Shown piece after piece: positions 36,101 to 49,800 of a DNA stretch of 64,000 nucleotides. The notes below the pieces were generated by a model. It had not been told where the DNA came from. It was given only the letters and a program-made list of their open reading frames with translations, and did not search any database. Every line of letters begins with the position of its first letter. Position 1 is the stretch's first letter. A program made the translations under genes and the position numbers. Source of the stretch: Paraspadella gotoi (taxonomy: Eukaryota; Animalia; Chaetognatha); contig CM119265.1 of the NCBI GenBank assembly GCA_051294375.1, positions 23,490,776-23,554,775 on the forward strand. Direction: 5' to 3'.

Positions 36101-37295
36101 AACGACTTTATGAATTTTTCCGCGTGTACTCTTGACATACATACGAACGAAACTTTTGCGATCATTATCACATACTTTTTAATCATTCATTACCACCTAT
36201 AATTCTAGCCTAATGATTTACCTATATAACTTATATTATTCGCATAATTTTATATGAATCACACACAAAGTAGCATTACAGATATAACCAACAGTATCTA
36301 CGAAGTCTTTCCCCATCTCTTTTCCAACCCCAATCCCTTCCTCACAAAACCACCTTTTCCTCTTCCACTCCCAGATGCAACTTGTGCCACGACGTGTCGA
36401 ACATCCTCTTGACGTCGCGCTTGAAGATGACGCGTTTCGGCGCGCCCTGCGAGTCCACGAAGAAGAACTCGACGCGCCGATCGCGCCCGTCGACGCGGAC
36501 GCCCCATTGCGGGCGTCGGCGCGGGTCCTCCAGGCGAATCAGGTCCCAGTCGGCGTCGACGGTCCTTTCCGGCGTCCGGAACGTCGCCACGAAAGAGAAC
36601 CGATCGGGCACGTTGGCCGGAAAGGCAGCGGCCGTCTCCGCTCGGAGGTCGTCGGGTGAGTCGGAAAGCCGTCTGGAGAGAGTTTGTGCGCGGGCGGATT
36701 TCACACCGGGGAGGCTTGAAGGAAGTCGAGAGAGAGGATGGGGGGGGGCGAGTCCGGGGAGGGGGCAGGAGGATAGCAAGTGGACTTACATCCGTTCTTA
36801 TATATTTATATATGTATAAATCAATAATCCATCCGAACAATCGAATGAATCAATCAATGTACTAAACAAGTCAAATCAAGAAATATATTATTAAATCAAT
36901 CAATCAAGTAATTGTTAAGCAAATCGATTAAGTGATCATTGAAACTATAGACCTCCCAATTCAAGATATTGACCGACTTGAAACCACTTTATTTGCCTCC
37001 TCTGTCCCGTTACTAGTGACGTTACTACGTTACGTCTCATTCTCCCTATCACCAAATCACCCACCCCCTCTCCCCCTCACCTCCCCCGTTCGAATCCCAA
37101 ATCGGACAAAAGATCGAAAACTGGAAGATCCTCCGGCCTCGCCTCGCCGCCCCTGGGGCACGCCCCCTTTGTCGGCTCCTCCGCCGCCGATTGCCCTTTT
37201 GTCGGCGACCAGAGAGTCAAGGACAACAACAACAACGACGACAACGAGAGCGAGGCTGGGGGCGTCGAGGCCGCCGGCGGCGAAAGAACAGGCAT
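33160..37295 (-). CDS. FACIT-type collagen (collagen IX alpha1-like: signal peptide, TSPN/LamG domain, interrupted Gly-X-Y domains); frameshifts and a gap in the assembly
   Basis: Hydrophobic leader, TSPN motifs (FSFVATFR, QWGVRVDG, MFDTSWHKLHLGV, IDCDP), long Gly-X-Y runs, NC2-like EKEVRDLCRRAFSDQIAEM and C-terminal GICNNC. Confidence 0.85.
35469..35801. other. Assembly gap (N run) within the collagen gene
   Basis: N characters flanked by CT/GA repeats. Confidence 1.
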
Positions 37296-37859
37296 CTGTT
37301 GTTGACGAGGAGTTTGGGAGGAGGGGAGGGTTGGTTCTCACTCGGAGGAGGTGGGGGGCAGGGTAGTTTGTTGGGAATGAGGGTGGGAAGCGGGAGATGG
37401 GTTAAGAAGGTAGAACTTTTCCGTTTGACATTTGCTTTTTTTTTTTTAATTTATCGTTGACGATTTTTAGGTATTGCTAGTATGGAAATAAAAATAAAGT
37501 AATAAATACATGGTATACAAAAAATAAAATCATATAAATTTTAATAAGTAAACTAATAAATGAAGTCATATAAACAAAAAAAAATAGAATTAAAAAAAAA
37601 ACTAATGAAAATATGACGGGATCGAATGGAGTTGTTCTGCTCAGAGTTTCTTTCGAAAGATTCGAAGTAAAAATAATATTTTCATTTCTCGCAGCAGAAA
37701 CCAGAGGAAAATAAGACGTTGGAAATCGGAGGCGAGATTCGATCCAGGAAATGTCTGGATTCGTGTCTCTCTTCGTGTTGTCGTTGGAAATCTTCTTATT
37801 TATATGTATTAAATATAAAGTACTGATTTTTGTATATACAACGTATAAAGGTTTGTAGT

Positions 37860-38100
37860 ACCACACGTCGGATTCGTAAGATTGCAATGGGTCCTAGCAA
37901 AAGAGAGACGGGCCAGTTTAACCAATGGTGGCGAGCCTAACGCCCGATCCGAAGTTCCGGGAACTAACGGAGAGGCACAGGGCAGTGGGCACGCTAAGTG
38001 TGTGAACTATCCACTATTCGCTTGGCGACGCCCTCTCCTCTCGGTCACCTCAGCTAACTGGGATCACTCACTGGGAACAGATATGATTGCGACAGAGAAT
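37860..38100 (-). other. GC-rich structured island upstream of the collagen gene (unidentified ncRNA or SINE remnant)
   Basis: On the minus strand: long hairpin GAGAGG/CCTCTC, AGGGC/GCCCT, AGTGG/CCACT; CCCG..cTTCGg..CGGG; GGCG/CGCC. Confidence 0.35.
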
Positions 38101-41100
38101 CAGAGAATTTGATTAAAAACATATGGAAACCAATAAAGGAATCTTTGGAAATTGATTAATTGATTTATTAATTAATAAATTAACTTGCCTTTGATGCACT
38201 CGGTGACGTTAACCGCGTATTTCGCTTCGATCGTTATCTTTGTTCATTTGAGGACATTGCGTGTCACGTGACTTGACGTCCGTGAGAAAGTTCAAACTCT
38301 TTTAAAACAATGTGGCGTTAAATATAAAATATATACAAAACATTAAACAAACAAAATATTCCCTGGGATGATTTAAAGAAATAAAATGAAAAAAAAATAT
38401 TAAAAAAATTAAAGTTTTAATTTAAGTTTTTTTGAAAAAACAACATTTTTTTTCTCGTCAAAACAAGAACTGAACAACAACAACAACCACGACGATCCAA
38501 CACGAATGACTACTTCGCTCGAGGGCAGAAATTCTACTAAATAATTAAAAATTAATTGAGTCCGAAATAATTCCGAAAAAAATTCTAAGAAAAGTAGAAA
38601 ATTTCAAGACGTACGAAATTATTTTTTAAAAATTTTATTAATTCTTCGTATAAATTAAAAGAAGTCTCGTGAAAATATTCCAAAGGAAGAATAGCGTTAA
38701 TTTGATGTTCACTTTTTTTTTTTTACTTTTAACAATTAACTTTATTTCTTTTCCTTTAGAATTCTTCTTTGGCGGTTTTTACGATGGTCCGATGTTGGGG
38801 GAAACAATGAAAAAAAGATGATAAAAATTCCTTTTTATAATTTTTTAAAGAAATCTTTATTTTTGTTTTTTAGTAGATTTTTCCGGGAAAAAGTACACAA
38901 GATAGTTTGTTTTTTTTTCTTAATTGCCGGTAAGAAATGAAATTCAGAGCTAAGGCTAGCGAGAGCGAAAGGTAAAAAGGAGGGAGAGGGAGAGGATGAA
39001 AAAAATAATAGAGACAGAGACAGACTTTCTTATCGACGAATTGTGTTACGAAGAGAGAGAGAGAGAGAGAGCGTCGAATTGTGTTACGGCGTCGGAAGGC
39101 GATAATCATCGGATTCCCTTTTCCCTCTTCCGGCGAGAAATCAAAACAGCTGTTCCTTTGTTTGTCGTTGATATTTTGATTTTATGGTTATTCACATTTT
39201 TTTAAAAATGAGAAGAATGACGTGATACTAAAATTTTACATCTTGATGTCTTTTAAAAAAAGGGAAGATACGTAAAAAACCAGATGGTATGTATTTCTTT
39301 TTCCCCTTAAAATGATGATAAAATAGACACAATCTTCATTGTCAAATGTTATCACCAGCGAGCAAAAAAAAAAAAAATATTTAAAATGATTTGAATTTGA
39401 TTAGAATTTAATCCAGAATCTGAATCTGATTTTTTTTCTTTTCTGAATGCGAGCCTCACGCGGCGAGACGAGACTTCGGACAAAGAATTCCTTCGAGATC
39501 TCGACGGTTGCGGGTCTGAGCGAAAAACAAGAAGAATAAATGTTGTATTTTTCGGGTTTATTATTGTAAAGTTTACAATTATTAACCAAATCTCCATTCG
39601 CCTGCCCTTATTTCCTCTACCCCTTTGATCAGCCCCCAGCTCCTCCCTTCATCTTCGCCCCTTTTAACCCTCAATTTTTCATTTTCTTCAACGATAAACC
39701 GTGAAAAAAAAATAATATTTTTTTTTCCGGAGGTGGATGCACCGACGTATTTACTCGACGTTATTTATCATCGCAATTTATGTCATTAGGCTATCGTAAA
39801 CACTTAGTTGGGATGATTTAAAAGGAGGCGCTTTGCCTTAAAAAGTGAGAAAAATAAGTGTTTTAAGGGGAGGAGCTGGGGGAAAGTTAAGGGGGTCAAC
39901 CTTTTGAGATCCTCGTGTTTCGCACTTTCTCAGAAATATATATTTCTCTAATTTTTAAAATTAACCAAATAATAATAAAAAAAACCTACTCCTACTGTAA
40001 ATAAGTTTGAAAATGAATAAGAAAAAAAAATTACTGTTTTCTTTTCAAACATTTACCTCTGCATTTATATCACTTTTTCAAAAATATTAATAATACTTTT
40101 TTATGGTCGAAAAACATATTTTCTAAATTAAGAAGGGACAAAGTCCATGTAGAAAAAATGTATTCTGTAGTACAAAACAGAGGACGAAAAAAATAGACTC
40201 TCAAAAATAACAACAACGACAACAAGCCAAACAACGACTAAAGACATTCTTCCCATTTCACGTTTTTCTTAAGGGTCGATTACGTAAACTCATAATAAAA
40301 AATTAGAATAGTCAAATTTGTATCACAAGACAAGTGAGTGGTTTGTTTATTTGTTCACGAGTTTTGACGAAATCAGTTATGACGTTTGACATCCGATCCT
40401 CGTCCGTCTTCTTGTATTTCGACTTCGTTACGCGCGATACGCTTTCGACGTCTTCACATCTTATCCTTCTTCTTGCTTCTTCTTGCATCTTTCTGCTCGC
40501 ATCCATCTGCAACTTTTTCAACGCATTTCTTTATACATGCATATTTACACCCTCAAAGACAAACAACGTGCAATACTTAATATCTAGGTGTGTCTCACTC
40601 TCCCGATAGATTTTACATGTAAAATTTGTTTCTAAATCCGCACGCTAACAACGCGACTCTTTCTCATCATTTACACCCACTTTCACACGCAATCTGCACG
40701 TAGCCTGGATTTTCCCCCTTTTATTTCCGCGATAAAACTCGGCTAGTTTACGAGGCTTCGAATGTAAACCCAGTTTCGGGTCTTCGGCCACCAGAGTGAC
40801 AACTGATTGAGGCGGAGGTGAGCGACCTACTTACGGACAAAAGGGCAAGGGGATTGAAAGTCAGCGAAAAGATCAATGGCGAAAGCAATGATCTATGAGT
40901 ATTGAGCAGAGAACATCCTTTCCAAGGAACAATGTCAAATTATTCATGTTTTGTAAATAATTGTAAAAAAGGCAAAAGTTAAATTTATCCCAGTTATGTC
41001 CTTAATAAATTTAGCTTTACTACCTTCTTGGCAAGTTCTTTAATTTTGAGAAGATATAAAACTCGTTTCATGTTACTCAGGGTTGATCTAACTGTCTGTA

Positions 41101-41472
41101 TTTACATTATTACTCCTGTACGTCTTACGTGCCAAACGCCAAAGATGTACTGAAAAATACTTAAAATACCGAAACGCAGAAAATTGGAACTTGTAATTTC
41201 CGGAAAAGAATAAAAAACAAAACAAAAAACACCACGGATCCAAAATTCAAGTGTTAACTGAATCACCCCTCGAATAAAAAAAGTAATAAAACTAAGTGGA
41301 AAAAAAAATTTAAAAAAATAAGAATAGTTTAAAAAAATAGCTTTTTTTTTATACAACGGTCAATGGAGAAAATATATTTATGAAAGAATTTCGTAGTAAA
41401 AATAATTATAAACGTTTTTTAAAAAAAAACATTAAACAAAAAAAAAAATAGTTCGTAAAAAGTTTTTCTTCG

Positions 41473-43789
41473 TTACGTCTCAATCTTAGTTTCTCTGTTG
41501 ATTTCTAACATTTCAGTCGAGTTGTTGTTCCTTTGTCTGTTTTTGTTGACGAGCGGCGTCACGCTGGAGCAGGAAGCCTTCTCCGCGTCGCCGCCGCCGC
41601 CGCTCCTCGCAGCGGCGGCCCGCTCCGTCCGCCGCCGCTCCAGCATCGTCAGCAGCGTCTGCAGCACGAGATCCGGCGCCGCAGCGGCGGCGACGCTGAC
41701 GAAGACGACTAGCCACGTGACGGGAACGGAGAAAGTCTGCAGGAACGAGAGGTAGACCGGCGCCGATCGCGGCGTCGCCGAGTAGATCAGCGAAAAGGCT
41801 AGGAACGCCGCCATGGTGCCCCAGTAGAAAACGTGGGTCCACCGGGTCCAATGCTTGGTCAGGATCCATAGTTTGAGGTTGATCACGACCACGCTGATCG
41901 TAATGACGAGGACGCCGAAGTCCCAGTTGGAGAGCGCGGCGACGCCGGTGTCGTCGACGGCGCCGGATAAGACGGCGCCGTAGGGAAGGTAGTAGTAAAT
42001 GAGGCTGTGGAAATAGGCCAGCGCGATCCAGCCCAGGAACACCCAGATGGTCATGTACCGGTTCCGGCTGATATTGCGGTAGAGCTCCGGGTTGTCCAGG
42101 AGGATCTCCTTGGAGTAATTCTGCTCCATGACTCCGTAGCAGATGATGGGGAGTGCGGTGAAGAGAAGGTTGAAACCCTGGAAAAAATATGGATCAGTCA
42201 ATCAATCGATAAATTAATTTATTATATATCATCTTTCAACCAATTAAATCGTCGTTTGTCAATCAATCACTGGAACATTTCAAACGATTAATTCAACAAT
42301 CCATTAAAAATGACTCAAATAATTAATCCACAACAAAGTCATTTGCAATTAATCAATCAAACTTTCAAAATTGCGCCAGCTGACCATCGAAGTTTTTTGT
42401 TGCTAAAAAATCATCATAAAATAATGAAATCGATCAATACATAAAATCAAACATCTTTAAACAAGTTTGGGCAAATAATGCTAGATCTGCTCACGATAAT
42501 TCAATTATACTCTTATTTAATACAATTTACAATAATAATAATCACTAGTTTTTCAACCTTGTCTCCGACTCAAAAGGAAAAAAAATTCAAAAGGGAAATG
42601 TGATTTTTGTTTTTTCCATTTAAACTCATTTTCACACGGACGATTCCAGCGAAACTTGATTTCCAGCTCAATCACAAATTTCTTTACCAACATACAAAAT
42701 TACAAGCCAATCGAACAATCCACTCATGAGTAATTCGCGTTCAAAGCTAAGAAGGGACGGACAGACGGACGGATGGACGGACGGACATCAATTTTTTTCT
42801 TCATAATTTATCATCATTCGATGATCTGATAATATCTCAGTAACTTAACGACAAGATTTTGGGATGGGACCGACGGACCGAAAATGCTTATTAGAGAGCC
42901 GAAATCTTCTGTAAAAACAGATCCGGCTAAAAACCATTCCCACTTTGATCAATTAAAGAAACCAGTCAATCATTGACCCAACGATAGATGTCATAGATTT
43001 TTTTTCCACCTGCAAATAGATGCTTTCGAAAAGCGTGGCGGCCGAGTAGCGGTTCTCCTTAGCGTAATAGAGCTGAGGCGAGGCGTAGGCTAAATTTTTA
43101 TAGATGACGTACATGATGAAAACTGAGATACGATAATAGTACCAGTGGCCGTGGACGAGAACCGCCTTTTTAAGAAAGCGGAACTTGGAAAAGGCGAAGT
43201 CGGAACATCTGGAAAGAGCGAAAGTGGGGGAAATGGAAGGGGGGAGAGAGAGAGGGAGAGGTAAGGAGGGGGGGAGAGAAAGTGAGAGAGAAACAAAAAG
43301 GTAAACAGAGAAAAAGAGAGAAAGAGTGAGTGAGAGTGAAAGATAGAAAGAGAGAGAGAAATATTGACAGTGTGATTTATCATTTACAACAATTTTACTA
43401 AGCGAACGTTTTCGCCGTCTACTCCTTTCACCACCCAAGCCACTCACCCACACCTCCCACCTTAACCCAAACCCCCCCCATCCTCACCTCACTGCCTGCC
43501 TCCCCTCTTTCCCCATGATCCCGATCCCTAAATGCGCCTCCTGGATCATGGAGACGTCGTTGGCTCCGTCGCCGATCGCCGCGCAGACCGGCGACCCGGG
43601 GAAGTTCTTGGCCATGGCCACGATCTGCGCCTTGTGCAGCGGCGACATGCGGCAGCAGAGCACCGTGCTGCAGCGGCGGGAGACTTCGGCGAAACGCGGC
43701 TTGAGGAGTGGCGCTCGATGAGGGTGAGAGTGGCGCCATCAACGACGAGGCAATGGCGGTCGGGGGAACGGGAGGTGGGAGAAGCTGCG

Positions 43790-43844
<55 letters not shown>

Positions 43845-46800
43845 AGAGAGAGAGAGAAATGAGGAGAAATGATAAAGGAAAGGTTTCAACAATTGAAAGT
43901 ATCAAGCCAATCAGAAAGAATTCAAGAATGGCATACGGACACCTTTTCCAGTTTACCTCCCTCTCACCTTTACCAGCTTAACCCTCTCACCATCTCTCCA
44001 TATTTCCCCGCTTTCCCCCTCTCTCACCTTCTCCAGCTTCTCCAGCTTTTCTCTCAGCTCCGTCTCCCCCTTGTTGTCCGTCAACTCGTGCATGGCCATC
44101 CTCTTGTCGAAGTGACCGCAGCTGAAGGAAATGTTGATGGCCGTCTTCTTCTTGTCTCCAGTCAGCACCCAGACGTGCACCCCGGCGCGGTTGAGGCTGA
44201 TCAGAGTGTCCTTGACGCCCTCTTGGAGGAGATCCTCGATTCCCGTGGCGCCGACGCAAGTGAGGCGGGTCTCGATGGCGGAGTAGACCTAGGGGGAGGT
44301 CAGGGTGGTTCGTGGGTGAGTTGTGGGGAAGAGTTGGGAAGGGGAAGGAGAATGAAACGTTTAAAAACATTGGACATTCCAAGTTGGCATTAACACTCTG
44401 AAAACGATAAACTAAAGTGATAAAATTAACAAACAAAACATAGATACAATAATAAATAATAAATCCAACAAAAGTGACGAAAATATAAAATCACGACTGA
44501 AAACAATAAAGAAAAAAACATTATATTAAAAAAAATTTAAAAAATTAAAAAGGAACAAGCATTAAATAAAAATGAAGCGAATACTAGAATACGAACGCAA
44601 CCTGAGATAGCTTCTTCTCCCTGTCGCCCATCGCCGTTTGCGCCTCGACGAGTCGGGCGTCGAAATCCCGGAACTCCTCCTCGCTCAGCACCCTCTGCCC
44701 GAAGACGAGCGTCCGGAGTCCCTCGCCCGCGAAGTCCTCCAGATGGCGGAAGGCGTCCTCCTTGTCGCCGTCGACGATCTTCGGTTCGAGACTCGACTCG
44801 GCGCCTTTGGTCATGAGGAGCCGTTGGCCTGTCTTGAGGTTTTGAACTGAGAGGAGGAGGAGGAGGAGGAGGAGGAAGAGGAGGAAAAATAACGGCGATG
44901 TTAGGACTTAGGAGAGATGAGGTGAGAAGAGAGATGGATCGACTGCAACACGGGTCCCATGGTGTAACGGTTAGCACTCAGGACTCTGAATCCTGCAATC
45001 CGAGTTCGAATCTCGGTGGGACCTTTTTTGCCGGTGAATATTATTTTTCAATTGATCTCTCGGTGACATGTTTACTGGTTAGCAATGAGGATTATGAATC
45101 ATGAAAGTGAAATGCACGTTAAAATTTAAATTAGCAGTATTATTAAACTGTTAAGTAATAGTCCCATGGTGTAATATCATTATGTATTAGCATCAATCAA
45201 TTCAAGTTCGAGTAAAGGCAGGACTTTTTTGCAGATAAAAGGTACATTAGCAGTTGATTAATGTTAATGTTCAAATCTCGGTGGGACCTTCAAAATTAAT
45301 ATCATTCAATAACTGTTGCTGATGGTTTTTTTTCACTTTTTCATTCTCTTTACTTTTCAAGGGAAAAAGACATTCACAATTGGACAAATAATCATCCTTT
45401 CACCAACATTCACAAAAAACTTCCCCCACTCACCTATCACGCTCATGCATTTCCTAGTTGGATCAAAATCCAAAATGTGAAAGACTTTGAACAGAATCTC
45501 TTCTCCCTTCACGTCGACGATCCTGTTGCCGGCGTCGGGTTTCCCGGCATCCACCACGCCTTTGAAGACCACGCCCACCGACTTGGCCGCTTCCACGAAC
45601 GCCTTCTCATCCGGAGAAGACGCCTGATGAAGGTGTCGATTGGGCGGAGGGAAATTAGAAATTTCAGGTTTTTCACTGCGTGTCATTTGTAAGGTCTGTC
45701 GGTTTTTTTGTTTTCTCATGTCCATTAAGCGTTTCTCCGTCTATCGTTCAGTGTCTTTTTTTTTCTATCACTCTTATTCATGCCTCACTCTTTTTTGTAA
45801 AACAGAAACTTAGAAAAAGTGCAAGGTCCCGTGGTGTAACGGTTAGCACTCAGGACTCTGAATCCTGCAATCCGAGTTCAAATCTCGGCGGGACCTTTTT
45901 ACAGCTTTTTACGAAGATGAGAATTGAAAACAAAACTTAATGGATTGCGTCAATACATATTTGAGTCTCAATTCTCATATAAGGAGTTAACCTAAATTTT
46001 CACGATATGGAATAGTATGATTCAATATTGACATAATAATTTCCTAAAAGATGCAAAGGTCCCGTGGTGTAATGGTAAGCATTCAGGACTTTGAATCCTG
46101 CGATCCGAGTTCAAATCTCGGTGGGACCTTAAGGCGAAGAGACAACGCAAACATATTCAGATTGATTCTTCTTCTTTTTATGCTATATCTTACCTTGTAC
46201 TGCAAGTCCCCCCCTCGCCTCTCCACCACTACGGTGTGATTCATGACCATGTTGATCAACAGCTGTTGGAGGGCTTCATCGGCGGAAGTCACTATCTCCT
46301 TTGACAAAGGAGCCGGCGGATGTAAAGAGGTCAGGGGTTGATGGAGGGAAGAGTGGGAAAGAAGGAAAAGAGAGGGAATGGAAAAATCTGAAATTCTTGG
46401 AACCAGAGAGGAAGTACCTCGTTCAATTGTTCAGCCATTTTCATCTTTTCAAATAATCCCATCTCCCTTGTATGACGAGGCACTTATCCCCTACCTTGCT
46501 GGTCTTGTCCAGCAGATCCCCGTCCGACATGATGTAGCGCCTTCCGCCCGCCGATGCTGCTCGGAACTCCATGGAGTTCTCGGTGAGAGTCCCGGTCTTG
46601 TCGGAGAAGAGGTAGTTGATCTGACCCAACTCTTCGCTGATGTCCGAAGTGTTGCAGATTGGCCATTCGTCTCCGTCCTCGGTCTTCATCTCTGCGTCCC
46701 AGCTATGAAGGTTAAAACGTTTGGTTTCTATTTGGTTTGTTTATTGGTATATAAAGCTTATCAACTGTATTTTTATCTCTTAATGTTTTCCATCATGCGA

Positions 46801-49800
46801 GATCTTTTACAAAAATTTTCAGTAAAATCTACCCATTATCTGGTTCCCTGCTGATTTTAAAAAATTGTTTTGGCTACAAAGCAGAGAGTTTTTAGTTTAT
46901 ATGATTTTGTCATGCTTTGTAATCTTCTGACTTCAGACTTCAGAGCTCAGTACGTATTTTGTTAACATTTTTTAAATAATAATCTATATCATTATTTTAT
47001 TCATCAGTCTGTTAAAAATTTTAAAAAAATACTGAAACATTGTTAAAAATATCATTTTTTAAAAAAATTTTATCAAAAATTACCCAAAACAATAGGTTTT
47101 AAAAAAATTTTCCTTATAGTAAAAAACTAACTTAATTTATAATGCGAGCTATGTAACGTAGTCAATTTTTTCCGCTCTACAAGATAGTTTGGGTTTCGTC
47201 CCTCTAGCAATAAAGCTTTTAAAGATATTTAGCAAAAAGTCCATTTTTTACAATTTTTTTTCATTTTTTTTCAAAGTTGGTAGCATTTACTGTAAATTTT
47301 TTTTTGAAGAAAAATGTTCAAAAAATTCATATGATGTATGGGCACCTTTTACACAATACTCGTTTTTTGATTTCAAAACTTTTCATATATGGCAAGGTCT
47401 AATGCCTATACAATATGTATCACCGAAAAAACATGGCGCCGATGAACTTTTGAAATTCGATGGAGACGTAAAGCGCGACGGGCACCACGTAGTTGAATAT
47501 GACGAGGAAGAGGAGGAAGTCCGACCATTTGGTGGGCGTGGAGAAGTTGAACTCTCGCTGAATGATAAAATCGTCGAGCGTGTGATGGGCGGCGGCGCAG
47601 GCGGCGATCTCCACCGCCAGATAAGCGATGAGCACGACGATAATCTTGTTCATCGTTCGCTCGGCCGTCGAAAATTTGTTCGCCGTGATCTTCAGATTTA
47701 GCGCCATCTTTGTTTGTTGGCCAGAGTAGGCGGCGCAACCGTAGACGAAGTCCGTCTCTTTGAGAGTGGAGCCGCTGACGAGGAGATTGGGGGCGTTGAG
47801 GGGGATGAGCTGGGGAGGGAGGGGTGGGGGTTAGTGGGGTATCGTGGGTGGGGAAGGGAACGGGGTGAGAGACGAAATAAATAATCAAGATCGAAAAACT
47901 ATTCACAATGTGAATTTCACATATCTGTGGGAGCAAAATAAAAAGGGTGAATGTTTAAAATAAACTGAAAATAAAATCGAACCAACGGTAAAAATATCTA
48001 AAACTCAATGACCTTGCACTATATCTAGCTACCATAAATCGTTCATCTTTCATTTGACCGAGAAAATTCTACAAACCTCTTTTTTCTGGCCCACCATGAG
48101 ATACATTCTCCCCTCGAACTTGTAGAGATCTGAATGGGGCTGCTCGCATTCCACGACCGCTTGAAGATCCTTCAAGGAAGCGGCCGTGTTGAAGCGGGCC
48201 GTCCCGTTGGGGGGCGTTTCGATTCGCTTCAGATTCGTCTCGCCGTCCAGGTTGGCTGGAAAGGATAGTGGATTTGGTGGAGGTGACTAACAAATCAAGG
48301 TACGTTAGGTTCCGTGGTGTAACGGTTAGCACTCAGGACTTTGAATCCTGCAATCCGAGTTCAAATCTCGGCGGGACCTGTCTCGAGTATTATAATTGAA
48401 ATATATTGATTTTTGTCTTTGCATTTCAATTTTTGCAAAACCTTGATTAAATCACTTTTTTTTAAAAGGAGAACATAAAAATTTAAGAATTGTNNNNNNN
48501 NNNAAAAAATTCTTAAATTTTTATTATGATAGCAAATGCTATTGTAAATGCTACTTGAACAAAAGTTTTTAAGGTGTGACTCATCACTAATTAAAAAAAA
48601 TCTAACAAAAAATGATATTACATTGCAAAATGGTTTGTATTGGAACTCTGAATCTTACACTGAAAGTTCAAATCACAACAGATTGAGCCGATTTGTATTT
48701 TAACCAAACAAATTAGAGAACCTGGGAAGATCTCATGGTGTTATGGTCATCACTCAGGACTTTAAATCCTACAATCCGAGTTCGAATCTCGGAGAGAGCA
48801 TTTAAAATATTATTTTGATTTTATTATGATAATAAAGTTTCTAATGCACAATTATTAAGAAGGTCCCATGGTGTAACGGTTAGCACTCAGGACTCTGAAT
48901 CCTGCGATCCGAGTTCAAATCTCGGTGGGACCTGGTTACCATTTGAAATAAACTTTTTTTAGAAAACTTTTTTTTTGATAATGTCTGGTGACTCGAATTG
49001 ACCTCAGTCATAAGGATGACTTAAGTCACAAAGCTTTTTTTTCCCTGAAATACAATGAAGCCTGGGTCGTTGTCATCTGTCCTCCATCTTTCCTCTCTTT
49101 CTCATCGACGTCGAAATAATTATTACTAATAACATTCTCATCATTGTAATGTTTCTTTTCCTTCAAGACTATCGTCATTTTTATATACGTTTTTGATTCA
49201 TGTAATAAGTTTTGCATAAGGTAATTTGATCTTGTTTGTAAACAAAGCATTTTGTCTTTGTTATTGTCTTTATATGTAGTTAATAAAAAAATAATTAAAT
49301 TAAACCAACAACTTAATTCTTTGTGATAAAATATACGTAGCTCACGTAGAAAACAGGTTTGCAAAGGAATTGCGCAGGGCAGAGCAAGTACCAAAAGAAA
49401 AAAAAATTGAATAAAATAAAGGTCAAGAAAAATATAAAATATATCAGAAAACTGGAACAAAAAGTAATCTAACCTTGTGTTGTGTAGATGCACATTTCCA
49501 GAAGACAACACTAACATCCCCAAAATGCCCCATCCCAAACAAATAAATAATATTATATTTAAATATTTTATTCAAAAAATATTTTAACAAATAACTAAAT
49601 TCATAAATAATAATTATTTTTATATCTAAAAAATAAAGATAATGAAACAAATAATTTTGCAACATTCATGATAGGTTACATCATGTAATGGCAGACACTT
49701 ACAGATGGGTCCCATGGTGTAACGGTTAGCACTCAGGACTCTGAATCCTGCAATCCGAGTTCGAATCTCGGTGGGACCTTATAACCTTTTAGAAAATACT

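Noticed and set aside
37860-38100. 7SK, RNase P/MRP or SRP identity
   Set aside because: The conserved boxes I recall for these RNAs could not be matched convincingly.
43700-43740. Programmed frameshift or pseudogene status for the flippase
   Set aside because: An isolated indel in an otherwise intact conserved gene, like those in PBRM1 and the collagen; a consensus error is more parsimonious.
48729-48800. Genome-wide UAA-to-Gln reassignment
   Set aside because: PBRM1, the RING gene and the collagen end at TAA in the expected positions, and no in-frame TAA/TAG was seen in conserved exons.
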